A stretch of DNA of 64,000 nucleotides. Origin: the human T2T-CHM13v2.0 reference genome, Homo sapiens. The position numbers and the translations under genes are program-made. Position 1 is the first letter of the stretch. Each line of letters starts with the position of its first letter. This document shows positions 1 to 11,700 of the stretch, one piece after another. The DNA is taken from the NCBI RefSeq assembly GCF_009914755.1, contig NC_060941.1; one strand, given 5' to 3'. Below the pieces are notes generated by a model, which was not told where the DNA came from, did no database searches, and saw only the letters and a list, made by a program, of their open reading frames with translations.

Positions 1-384
1 TTTGTGGAATCTGCAAGTGGATATGTGGACCTCTCCGAAGATGTCTTTGGAAACGGGAATATCTTCACATAAAAACTAAACAGAAGCATTCTCAGAAACT
101 TCTCTGTGATGTTTGTGTTCAACTCCCAGAGTTTCACATTGCTTTTCATAGAGTAGTTCTGAAACATGCTTTTCGTAGTGTCTACAAGTGGACATTTGGA
201 GCGCTTTCAGGCCTGTGGTGGAAAACGAATTATGGTCACATAAAAACTGGAGAGAAGCATTGTCAGAAACTTCTTTGTGATGATTGCATTCAACTCACAG
301 AGTTGAAGGTTCCTTTTCAAAGAGCAGTTTCCAATCACTCTTTGTGTGGAATCTGCAAGTGGATATTTGGACCTATTTTGAAGA

Positions 385-401
385 TTTCGTTGGAAACGGG
401 A
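385..401 (+). promoter_or_regulatory. CENP-B box, canonical (recurs in every HOR copy)
   Basis: TTTCGTTGGAAACGGGA matches YTTCGTTGGAARCGGGA. Confidence 0.95.
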
Positions 402-897
402 GAATCTTCACAGGAAAGCTAAACAGAAGCATTCTCAGAAACTTCTTTGTGATGCTTGCATTCAACTCACAGAGTTGAACTTTCCTTTCGAGAGAGAAGC
501 TTTGAAACACTCTTTTTCCAGAATCTGCAAGTGGACATTTGGAGGGCTTTGAGGCCTGTGGTGGAAAAGGAATTATCTTCCCGTAAAAGCTAGATAGAAG
601 CATTCTCAGAAACTACTTTGTGATGATTGCATTCAAGTCACAGAGTTGAACATTCCCTTTGACAGAGCAGTTTGGAAACTCTCTTTGTGTAGAATCTGCA
701 AGTGGAGATATGGACCGCTTTGAGGCCTATGGTAGTAAAGGAAATAGCTTCATATAAAAGCTAGACAGTAGCATTCACAGAAAACTCTTGGTGACGACTG
801 AGTTTAACTCACAGAGCTGAACATTCCTTTGGATGGAGCAGTTTCGAAACACACTATTTGTAGAATGTGCAAGTGGATATTTGGGCCTCTCTGAGGA

Positions 898-914
898 TTT
901 CGTTGGAAACGGGA
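898..914 (+). promoter_or_regulatory. CENP-B box, canonical (recurs per HOR)
   Basis: TTTCGTTGGAAACGGGA. Confidence 0.95.
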
Positions 915-1064
915 TAAACCGCACAGAACTAAACAGAAGCATTCTCAGAACCTTCTTCGTGATGTTTGCATTCAACTCACAGTGTTGAACCTTTCTTTGA
1001 TAGTTCAGGTTTGAAACGGTCTTTCTGTAGAAACTGCAAGTAGATATTTGGACCTCTCTGAGGA

Positions 1065-1081
1065 TTTCGTTGGAAACGGGA
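1065..1081 (+). promoter_or_regulatory. CENP-B box, canonical (recurs per HOR)
   Basis: TTTCGTTGGAAACGGGA. Confidence 0.95.
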
Positions 1082-1232
1082 TAACCCGCACAGAACTAAA
1101 ACAGAAGCATTCTCAGAACCCTCTTCGTGATGTTTGCATTCAACTCACAGTGCTGAAACTTTCTTTGATAGTTCAGCTTTGAAACACTCTTTTTGTAGAA
1201 ACTGCAAGTGGATATTTGGTGCTCTCTGAGCA

Positions 1233-1249
1233 TTTCGTTGGAAACGGGA
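1233..1249 (+). promoter_or_regulatory. CENP-B box, canonical (recurs per HOR)
   Basis: TTTCGTTGGAAACGGGA. Confidence 0.95.
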
Positions 1250-1569
1250 TAAACTGCACAGAACTAAACAGAAGCATTCTCAGAACCTTCTTCGTGATGT
1301 CTGCATTCAACTCACAGTGTGGAACCTTTCTTTGATAGTTCAGGTTTGAAACACTCTTTTTGTAGAAACTGCAAGGGGATAATTGCACTCTTTGAGGAGT
1401 ACCGTAGTAAAGGAAATAACTTCCTATAAAAAGAAGACAGAAGCTTTCTCAGAAAATTCTTTGGGATGATTGAGTTGAACTCACAGAGCTGAGCATTCCT
1501 TGCGATGTAGCAGTTTAGAAACACACTTTCTGCAGAATCTGCAAGTGCATATTTGGACCTCTGTGAGGA

Positions 1570-1586
1570 ATTCGTTGGAAACGGGA
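1570..1586 (+). promoter_or_regulatory. CENP-B box overlapping the HOR-defining EcoRI site (1568-1573)
   Basis: ATTCGTTGGAAACGGGA; the core nTTCGnnnnAnnCGGGn is intact. Confidence 0.9.
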
Positions 1587-1735
1587 TAATTTCAGCTGAC
1601 TAAACAGAAGCAGTCTCAGAATCTTCTTTGTGATGTTTGCATTCAAATCCCCGAGTTGAACTTTCCTTTCAAAGTTCACGTTTGAAACACTCTTTTTGCA
1701 GGATCTACAAGTGGATATTTGGACCACTCTGTGTC

Positions 1736-1752
1736 CTTCGTTCGAAACGGGT
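1736..1752 (+). promoter_or_regulatory. CENP-B box variant with intact core
   Basis: CTTCGTTCGAAACGGGT retains TTCG....A..CGGG. Confidence 0.85.
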
Positions 1753-1906
1753 ATATCTTCACATGACATCTAGACAGAAGCATCCTCAGAAGCTTCTCTG
1801 TGATGACTGCATTCAACTCACGGAGTTGAACACTCCTTTTGAGAGCGCAGTTTTGAAACTCTCTTTCTGTGGCATCTGCAAGGGGACATGTAGACCTCTT
1901 TGAAGA

Positions 1907-1923
1907 TTTCGTTGGAAACGGAA
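1907..1923 (+). promoter_or_regulatory. Degenerate CENP-B box (CGGG to CGGA), probably non-binding
   Basis: TTTCGTTGGAAACGGAA lacks a core G in the HOR copies read. Confidence 0.75.
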
Positions 1924-2419
1924 TCATCTTCACATAAAAACTATACAGATGCATTCTCAGGAACTTTTTGGTGATGTTTGTATTCAACTCCCAGAGTTGA
2001 ACTTTCCTTTGGAAAGAGCAGCTATGAAACACTCTTTTTCTAGAATCTGCAAGTGGACGTTTGGAGGGCTTTGTGGTTTGTGGTGGAAAAGGAAATATCT
2101 TCACCTAAATACTAGATAGAAGCATTCTCAGAAACTGCTTTGTGATGATTGCATTCACCTCACAGAGTTGAACATTCCTATTGATAGAGCAGTTTGGAAA
2201 CACTCTTGTTGTGGAATGTGCAAGTGGAGATTTGGAGCGCTTTGAGGCCTATGGTAGTAAAGGGAATAGCTTCATAGAAAAACTAGACAGAAGCATTCTC
2301 AGAAAATACTTTGTGATGATTGAGTTTAACTCACAGAGCTGAACATTCCTTTGGATGGAGCAGGTTTGAGACACACCTTTTGTAGAATCTACAAGTGGAT
2401 ATTTGGACCTCTCTGAGGA

Positions 2420-2436
2420 TTTCGTTGGAAACGGGA
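2420..2436 (+). promoter_or_regulatory. CENP-B box, canonical (recurs per HOR)
   Basis: TTTCGTTGGAAACGGGA. Confidence 0.95.
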
Positions 2437-2585
2437 TAACTGCACCTAACTAAACGGAAGCATTCTCAGAAACTTCTTGGTGATGTTTGCATTCAAATCC
2501 CAGAGTTGAACCTTCCTTTGATAGTTCAGGTTTGAAACACTCTTTTTGTAGGATCTGCAAGTGGATATTTGGACCACTCTGTGGC

Positions 2586-2602
2586 CTTCGTTCGAAACGG
2601 GT
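2586..2602 (+). promoter_or_regulatory. CENP-B box variant with intact core
   Basis: CTTCGTTCGAAACGGGT. Confidence 0.85.
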
Positions 2603-2756
2603 ATATCTTCGCATAAAATCTAGACAGAAGCCTTCTCAGAAACTTCTCTGTGATGATTGCATTCAACTCACAGAGTTGAACCCTCCTATGGATAGAGCAG
2701 TGTTGAAACTCTCTTTTTGTGGAATCTGCAAGTGGATATGTGGACCTCTCCGAAGA

Positions 2757-2773
2757 TGTCTTTGGAAACGGGA
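2757..2773 (+). promoter_or_regulatory. Degenerate CENP-B box (TTCG to GTCT), probably non-binding
   Basis: TGTCTTTGGAAACGGGA; the same sequence occurs at 42-58. Confidence 0.75.
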
Positions 2774-5700
2774 ATATCTTCACATAAAAACTAAACAGAA
2801 GCATTCTCAGAAACTTCTCTGTGATGTTTGTGTTCAACTCCCAGAGTTTCACATTGCTTTTCATAGAGTAGTTCTGAAACATGCTTTTCGTAGTGTCTAC
2901 AAGTGGACATTTGGAGCGCTTTCAGGCCTGTGGTGGAAAACGAATTATGGTCACATAAAAACTGGAGAGAAGCATTGTCAGAAACTTCTTTGTGATGATT
3001 GCATTCAACTCACAGAGTTGAAGGTTCCTTTTCAAAGAGCAGTTTCCAATCACTCTTTGTGTGGAATCTGCAAGTGGATATTTGGACCTATTTTGAAGAT
3101 TTCGTTGGAAACGGGAGAATCTTCACAGGAAAGCTAAACAGAAGCATTCTCAGAAACTTCTTTGTGATGCTTGCATTCAACTCACAGAGTTGAACTTTCC
3201 TTTCGAGAGAGAAGCTTTGAAACACTCTTTTTCCAGAATCTGCAAGTGGACATTTGGAGGGCTTTGAGGCCTGTGGTGGAAAAGGAATTATCTTCCCGTA
3301 AAAGCTAGATAGAAGCATTCTCAGAAACTACTTTGTGATGATTGCATTCAAGTCACAGAGTTGAACATTCCCTTTGACAGAGCAGTTTGGAAACTCTCTT
3401 TGTGTAGAATCTGCAAGTGGAGATATGGACCGCTTTGAGGCCTATGGTAGTAAAGGAAATAGCTTCATATAAAAGCTAGACAGTAGCATTCACAGAAAAC
3501 TCTTGGTGACGACTGAGTTTAACTCACAGAGCTGAACATTCCTTTGGATGGAGCAGTTTCGAAACACACTATTTGTAGAATGTGCAAGTGGATATTTGGG
3601 CCTCTCTGAGGATTTCGTTGGAAACGGGATAAACCGCACAGAACTAAACAGAAGCATTCTCAGAACCTTCTTCGTGATGTTTGCATTCAACTCACAGTGT
3701 TGAACCTTTCTTTGATAGTTCAGGTTTGAAACGGTCTTTCTGTAGAAACTGCAAGTAGATATTTGGACCTCTCTGAGGATTTCGTTGGAAACGGGATAAC
3801 CCGCACAGAACTAAAACAGAAGCATTCTCAGAACCCTCTTCGTGATGTTTGCATTCAACTCACAGTGCTGAACCTTTCTTTGATAGTTCAGCTTTGAAAC
3901 ACTCTTTTTGTAGAAACTGCAAGTGGATATTTGGTCCTCTCTGAGGATTTCGTTGGAAACGGGATAAACTGCAGAGAACTAAACAGAAGCATTCTCAGAA
4001 CCTTCTTCGTGATGTCTGCATTCAACTCACAGTGTGGAACCTTTCTTTGATAGTTCAGGTTTGAAACACTCTTTTTGTAGAAACTGCAAGGGGATAATTG
4101 CACTCTTTGAGGAGTACCGTAATAAAGGAAATAACTTCCTATAAAAAGAAGACAGAAGCTTTCTCAGAAAATTCTTTGGGATGATTGAGTTGAACTCACA
4201 GAGCTGAGCATTCCTTGCGATGTAGCAGTTTAGAAACACACTTTCTGCAGAATCTGCAAGTGCATATTTGGACCTCTGTGAGGAATTCGTTGGAAACGGG
4301 ATAATTTCAGCTGACTAAACAGAAGCAGTCTCAGAATCTTCTTTGTGATGTTTGCATTCAAATCCCCGAGTTGAACTTTCCTTTCAAAGTTCACGTTTGA
4401 AACACTCTTTTTGCAGGATCTACAAGTGGATATTTGGACCACTCTGTGTCCTTCGTTCGAAACGGGTATATCTTCACATGACATCCAGACAGAAGCATCC
4501 TCAGAAGCTTCTCTGTGATGACTGCATTCAACTCACGGAGTTGAACACTCCTTTTGAGAGCGCAGTTTTGAAACTCTCTTTCTGTGGCATCTGCAAGGGG
4601 ACATGTAGACCTCTTTGAAGATTTCGTTGGAAACGGAATCATCTTCACATAAAAACTATACAGATGCATTCTCAGGAACTTTTTGGTGATGTTTGTATTC
4701 AACTCCCAGAGTTGAACTTTCCTTTGGAAAGAGCAGCTATGAAACACTCTTTTTCTAGAATCTGCAAGTGGACGTTTGGAGGGCTTTGTGGTTTGTGGTG
4801 GAAAAGGAAATATCTTCACCTAAATACTAGATAGAAGCATTCTCAGAAACTGCTTTGTGATGATTGCATTCACCTCACAGAGTTGAACATTCCTATTGAT
4901 AGAGCAGTTTGGAAACACTCTTGTTGTGGAATGTGCAAGTGGAGATTTGGAGCGCTTTGAGGCCTATGGTAGTAAAGGGAATAGCTTCATAGAAAAACTA
5001 GACAGAAGCATTCTCAGAAAATACTTTGTGATGATTGAGTTTAACTCACAGAGCTGAACATTCCTTTGGATGGAGCAGGTTTGAGACACACCTTTTGTAG
5101 AATCTACAAGTGGATATTTGGACCTCTCTGAGGATTTCGTTGGAAACGGGATAACTGCACCTAACTAAACGGAAGCATTCTCAGAAACTTCTTGGTGATG
5201 TTTGCATTCAAATCCCAGAGTTGAACCTTCCTTTGATAGTTCAGGTTTGAAACACTCTTTTTGTAGGATCTGCAAGTGGATATTTGGACCACTCTGTGGC
5301 CTTCGTTCGAAACGGGTATATCTTCGCATAAAATCTAGACAGAAGCCTTCTCAGAAACTTCTCTGTGATGATTGCATTCAACTCACAGAGTTGAACCCTC
5401 CTATGGATAGAGCAGTGTTGAAACTCTCTTTTTGTGGAATCTGCAAGTGGATATGTGGACCTCTCCGAAGATGTCTTTGGAAACGGGAATATCTTCACAT
5501 AAAAACTAAACAGAAGCATTCTCAGAAACTTCTCTGTGATGTTTGTGTTCAACTCCCAGAGTTTCACATTGCTTTTCATAGAGTAGTTCTGAAACATGCT
5601 TTTCGTAGTGTCTACAAGTGGACATTTGGAGCGCTTTCAGGCCTGTGGTGGAAAACGAATTATGGTCACATAAAAACTGGAGAGAAGCATTGTCAGAAAC

Positions 5701-8700
5701 TTCTTTGTGATGATTGCATTCAACTCACAGAGTTGAAGGTTCCTTTTCAAAGAGCAGTTTCCAATCGCTCTTTGTGTGGAATCTGCAAGTGGATATTCGG
5801 ACCTATTTTGAAGATTTCGTTGGAAACGGGAGAATCTTCACAGGAAAGCTAAACAGAAGCATTCTCAGAAACTTCTTTGTGATGCTTGCATTCAACTCAC
5901 AGAGTTGAACTTTCCTTTCGAGAGAGAAGCTTTGAAACACTCTTTTTCCAGAATCTGCAAGTGGACATTTGGAGGGCTTTGAGGCCTGTGGTGGAAAAGG
6001 AATTATCTTCCCGTAAAAGCTAGATAGAAGCATTCTCAGAAACTACTTTGTGATGATTGCATTCAAGTCACAGAGTTGAACATTCCCTTTGACAGAGCAG
6101 TTTGGAAACTCTCTTTGTGTAGAATCTGCAAGTGGAGATATGGACCGCTTTGAGGCCTATGGTAGTAAAGGAAATAGCTTCATATAAAAGCTAGACAGTA
6201 GCATTCACAGAAAACTCTTGGTGACGACTGAGTTTAACTCACAGAGCTGAACATTCCTTTGGATGGAGCAGTTTCGAAACACACTATTTGTAGAATGTGC
6301 AAGTGGATATTTGGGCCTCTCTGAGGATTTCGTTGGAAACGGGATAAACCGCACAGAACTAAACAGAAGCATTCTCAGAACCTTCTTCGTGATGTTTGCA
6401 TTCAACTCACAGTGTTGAACCTTTCTTTGATAGTTCAGGTTTGAAACGGTCTTTCTGTAGAAACTGCAAGTAGATATTTGGACCTCTCTGAGGATTTCGT
6501 TGGAAACGGGATAACCCGCACAGAACTAAAACAGAAGCATTCTCAGAACCCTCTTCGTGATGTTTGCATTCAACTCACAGTGCTGAACCTTTCTTTGATA
6601 GTTCAGCTTTGAAACACTCTTTTTGTAGAAACTGCAAGTGGATATTTGGTCCTCTCTGAGGATTTCGTTGGAAACGGGATAAACTGCACAGAACTAAACA
6701 GAAGCATTCTCAGAACCTTCTTCGTGATGTCTGCATTCAACTCACAGTGTGGAACCTTTCTTTGATAGTTCAGGTTTGAAACACTCTTTTTGTAGAAACT
6801 GCAAGGGGATAATTGCACTCTTTGAGGAGTACCGTAGTAAAGGAAATAACTTCCTATAAAAAGAAGACAGAAGCTTTCTCAGAAAATTCTTTGGGATGAT
6901 TGAGTTGAACTCACAGAGCTGAGCATTCCTTGCGATGTAGCAGTTTAGAAACACACTTTCTGCAGAATCTGCAAGTGCATATTTGGACCTCTGTGAGGAA
7001 TTCGTTGGAAACGGGATAATTTCAGCTGACTAAACAGAAGCAGTCTCAGAATCTTCTTTGTGATGTTTGCATTCAAATCCCCGAGTTGAACTTTCCTTTC
7101 AAAGTTCACGTTTGAAACACTCTTTTTGCAGGATCTACAAGTGGATATTTGGACCACTCTGTGTCCTTCGTTCGAAACGGGTATATCTTCACATGACATC
7201 CAGACAGAAGCATCCTCAGAAGCTTCTCTGTGATGACTGCATTCAACTCACGGAGTTGAACACTCCTTTTGAGAGCGCAGTTTTGAAACTCTCTTTCTGT
7301 GGCATCTGCAAGGGGACATGTAGACGTCTTTGAAGATTTCGTTGGAAACGGAATCATCTTCACATAAAAACTATACAGATGCATTCTCAGGAACTTTTTG
7401 GTGATGTTTGTATTCAACTCCCAGAGTTGAACTTTCCTTTGGAAAGAGCAGCTATGAAACACTCTTTTTCTAGAATCTGCAAGTGGACGTTTGGAGGGCT
7501 TTGTGGTTTGTGGTGGAAAAGGAAATATCTTCACCTAAATACTAGATAGAAGCATTCTCAGAAACTGCTTTGTGATGATTGCATTCACCTCACAGAGTTG
7601 AACATTCCTATTGATAGAGCAGTTTGGAAACACTCTTGTTGTGGAATGTGCAAGTGGAGATTTGGAGCGCTTTGAGGCCTATGGTAGTAAAGGGAATAGC
7701 TTCATAGAAAAACTAGACAGAAGCATTCTCAGAAAATACTTTGTGATGATTGAGTTTAACTCACAGAGCTGAACATTCCTTTGGATGGAGCAGGTTTGAG
7801 ACACACCTTTTGTAGAATCTACAAGTGGATATTTGGACCTCTCTGAGGATTTCGTTGGAAACGGGATAACTGCACCTAACTAAACGGAAGCATTCTCAGA
7901 AACTTCTTGGTGATGTTTGCATTCAAATCCCAGAGTTGAACCTTCCTTTGATAGTTCAGGTTTGAAACACTCTTTTTGTAGGATCTGCAAGTGGATATTT
8001 GGACCACTCTGTGGCCTTCGTTCGAAACGGGTATATCTTCGCATAAAATCTAGACAGAAGCCTTCTCAGAAACTTCTCTGTGATGATTGCATTCAACTCA
8101 CAGAGTTGAACCCTCCTATGGATAGAGCAGTGTTGAAACTCTCTTTTTGTGGAATCTGCAAGTGGATATGTGGACCTCTCCGAAGATGTCTTTGGAAACG
8201 GGAATATCTTCACATAAAAACTAAACAGAAGCATTCTCAGAAACTTCTCTGTGATGTTTGTGTTCAACTCCCAGAGTTTCACATTGCTTTTCATAGAGTA
8301 GTTCTGAAACATGCTTTTCGTAGTGTCTACAAGTGGACATTTGGAGCGCTTTCAGGCCTGTGGTGGAAAACGAATTATGGTCACATAAAAACTGGAGAGA
8401 AGCATTGTCAGAAACTTCTTTGTGATGATTGCATTCAACTCACAGAGTTGAAGGTTCCTTTTCAAAGAGCAGTTTCCAATCACTCTTTGTGTGGAATCTG
8501 CAAGTGGATATTCGGACCTATTTTGAAGATTTCGTTGGAAACGGGAGAATCTTCACAGGAAAGCTAAACAGAAGCATTCTCAGAAACTTCTTTGTGATGC
8601 TTGCATTCAACTCACAGAGTTGAACTTTCCTTTCGAGAGAGAAGCTTTGAAACACTCTTTTTCCAGAATCTGCAAGTGGACATTTGGAGGGCTTTGAGGC

Positions 8701-11700
8701 CTGTGGTGGAAAAGGAATTATCTTCCCGTAAAAGCTAGATAGAAGCATTCTCAGAAACTACTTTGTGATGATTGCATTCAAGTCACAGAGTTGAACATTC
8801 CCTTTGACAGAGCAGTTTGGAAACTCTCTTTGTGTAGAATCTGCAAGTGGAGATATGGACCGCTTTGAGGCCTATGGTAGTAAAGGAAATAGCTTCATAT
8901 AAAAGCTAGACAGTAGCATTCACAGAAAACTCTTGGTGACGACTGAGTTTAACTCACAGAGCTGAACATTCCTTTGGATGGAGCAGTTTCGAAACACACT
9001 ATTTGTAGAATGCGCAAGTGGATATTTAGGCCTCTCTGAGGATTTCGTTGGAAACGGGATAAACCGCACAGAACTAAACAGAAGCATTCTCAGAACCTTC
9101 TTCGTGATGTTTGCATTCAACTCACAGTGTTGAACCTTTCTTTGATAGTTCAGGTTTGAAACGGTCTTTCTGTAGAAACTGCAAGTAGATATTTGGACCT
9201 CTCTGAGGATTTCGTTGGAAACGGGATAACCCGCACAGAACTAAAACAGAAGCATTCTCAGAACCCTCTTCGTGATGTTTGCATTCAACTCACAGTGCTG
9301 AACCTTTCTTTGATAGTTCAGCTTTGAAACACTCTTTTTGTAGAAACTGCAAGTGGATATTTGGTCCTCTCTGAGGATTTCGTTGGAAACGGGATAAACT
9401 GCACAGAACTAAACAGAAGCATTCTCAGAACCTTCTTCGTGATGTCTGCATTCAACTCACAGTGTGGAACCTTTCTTTGATAGTTCAGGTTTGAAACACT
9501 CTTTTTGTAGAAACTGCAAGGGGATAATTGCACTCTTTGAGGAGTACCGTAGTAAAGGAAATAACTTCCTATAAAAAGAAGACAGAAGCTTTCTCAGAAA
9601 ATTCTTTGGGATGATTGAGTTGAACTCACAGAGCTGAGCATTCCTTGCGATGTAGCAGTTTAGAAACACACTTTCTGCAGAATCTGCAAGTGCATATTTG
9701 GACCTCTGTGAGGAATTCGTTGGAAACGGGATAATTTCAGCTGACTAAACAGAAGCAGTCTCAGAATCTTCTTTGTGATGTTTGCATTCAAATCCCCGAG
9801 TTGAACTTTCCTTTCAAAGTTCACGTTTGAAACACTCTTTTTGCAGGATCTACAAGTGGATATTTGGACCACTCTGTGTCCTTCGTTCGAAACGGGTATA
9901 TCTTCACATGACATCCAGACAGAAGCATCCTCAGAAGCTTCTCTGTGATGACTGCATTCAACTCACGGAGTTGAACACTCCTTTTGAGAGCGCAGTTTTG
10001 AAACTCTCTTTCTGTGGCATCTGCAAGGGGACATGTAGACCTCTTTGAAGATTTCGTTGGAAACGGAATCATCTTCACATAAAAACTATACAGATGCATT
10101 CTCAGGAACTTTTTGGTGATGTTTGTATTCAACTCCCAGAGTTGAACTTTCCTTTGGAAAGAGCAGCTATGAAACACTCTTTTTCTAGAATCTGCAAGTG
10201 GACGTTTGGAGGGCTTTGTGGTTTGTGGTGGAAAAGGAAATATCTTCACCTAAATACTAGATAGAAGCATTCTCAGAAACTGCTTTGTGATGATTGCATT
10301 CACCTCACAGAGTTGAACATTCCTATTGATAGAGCAGTTTGGAAACACTCTTGTTGTGGAATGTGCAAGTGGAGATTTGGAGCGCTGTGAGGCCTATGGT
10401 AGTAAAGGGAATAGCTTCATAGAAAAACTAGACAGAAGCATTCTCAGAAAATACTTTGTGATGATTGAGTTTAACTCACAGAGCTGAACATTCCTTTGGA
10501 TGGAGCAGGTTTGAGACACACCTTTTGTAGAATCTACAAGTGGATATTTGGACCTCTCTGAGGATATCGTTGGAAACGGGATAACTGCACCTAACTAAAC
10601 GGAAGCATTCTCAGAAACTTCTTGGTGATGTTTGCATTCAAATCCCAGAGTTGAACCTTCCTTTGATAGTTCAGGTTTGAAACACTCTTTTTGTAGGATC
10701 TGCAAGTGGATATTTGGACCACTCTGTGGCCTTCGTTCGAAACGGGTATATCTTCGCATAAAATCTAGACAGAAGCCTTCTCAGAAACTTCTCTGTGATG
10801 ATTGCATTCAACTCACAGAGTTGAACCCTCCTATGGATAGAGCAGTGTTGAAACTCTCTTTTTGTGGAATCTGCAAGTGGATATGTGGACCTCTCCGAAG
10901 ATGTCTTTGGAAACGGGAATATCTTCACATAAAAACTAAACAGAAGCATTCTCAGAAACTTCTCTGTGATGTTTGTGTTCAACTCCCAGAGTTTCACATT
11001 GCTTTTCATAGAGTAGTTCTGAAACATGCTTTTCGTAGTGTCTACAAGTGGACATTTGGAGCGCTTTCAGGCCTGTGGTGGAAAACGAATTATGGTCACA
11101 TAAAAACTGGAGAGAAGCATTGTCAGAAACTTCTTTGTGATGATTGCATTCAACTCACAGAGTTGAAGGTTCCTTTTCAAAGAGCAGTTTCCAATCACTC
11201 TTTGTGTGGAATCTGCAAGTGGATATTTGGACCTATTTTGAAGATTTCGTTGGAAACGGGAGAATCTTCACAGGAAAGCTAAACAGAAGCATTCTCAGAA
11301 ACTTCTTTGTGATGCTTGCATTCAACTCACAGAGTTGAACTTTCCTTTCGAGAGAGAAGCTTTGAAACACTCTTTTTCCAGAATCTGCAAGTGGACATTT
11401 GGAGGGCTTTGAGGCCTGTGGTGGAAAAGGAATTATCTTCCCGTAAAAGCTAGATAGAAGCATTCTCAGAAACTACTTTGTGATGATTGCATTCAAGTCA
11501 CAGAGTTGAACATTCCCTTTGACAGAGCAGTTTGGAAACTCTCTTTGTGTAGAATCTGCAAGTGGAGATATGGACCGCTTTGAGGCCTATGGTAGTAAAG
11601 GAAATAGCTTCATATAAAAGCTAGACAGTAGCATTCACAGAAAACTCTTGGTGACGACTGAGTTTAACTCACAGAGCTGAACATTCCTTTGGATGGAGCA

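Larger units (their letters stand above)
871..1374 (+). repeat. Internal near-identical tandem triplication of a ~168-bp monomer-length unit within each HOR
   Basis: Three successive copies of ...ctctctgaggatttcgttggaaacgggataa.c.gcacagaactaaacagaagcattctcagaacc.tcttcgtgatgt.tgcattcaactcacagtg...aacctttctttgatagttcag... They are far more alike than other monomers. Boundaries are approximate. Confidence 0.85.
87..2801 (+). repeat. One complete reference 16-mer HOR; monomer starts 87, 258, 430, 601, 772, 940, 1108, 1275, 1444, 1611, 1781, 1952, 2123, 2294, 2461, 2631
   Basis: Starts were read at the cattctcaga-like motif; lengths are 167-172 bp and sum to 2715. Box type from 1444 onward is B,B,B,A,A,B,B,B,A,B,A,A,B,B,B,A. 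This is consistent with W1W2W3W4W5 W1W2W3W4 W3W4W5 W1W1W1W5; the W labels are inferred from box type and monomer similarity. Confidence 0.9.

Noticed and set aside
841-850. Perfect 10-bp palindrome GTTTCGAAAC once per HOR
   Set aside because: It is a short single-base variant of the common gtttggaaac/gtttgaaac motif and does not extend. There is no evidence of function.
1424-1432. TATA-like ctataaaaa
   Set aside because: It is an ordinary A-rich monomer end (cataaaaa homolog) with no promoter context.
2487-3137. 216-aa ORF repeated in every HOR, and all other 64-142 aa ORFs on both strands
   Set aside because: These are translations of alpha-satellite. The peptides repeat internally with the 57-codon monomer period, many start at TTG/GTG/ATT, they overlap on both strands, and they show no recognisable domain. 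Their conservation only reflects HOR identity.
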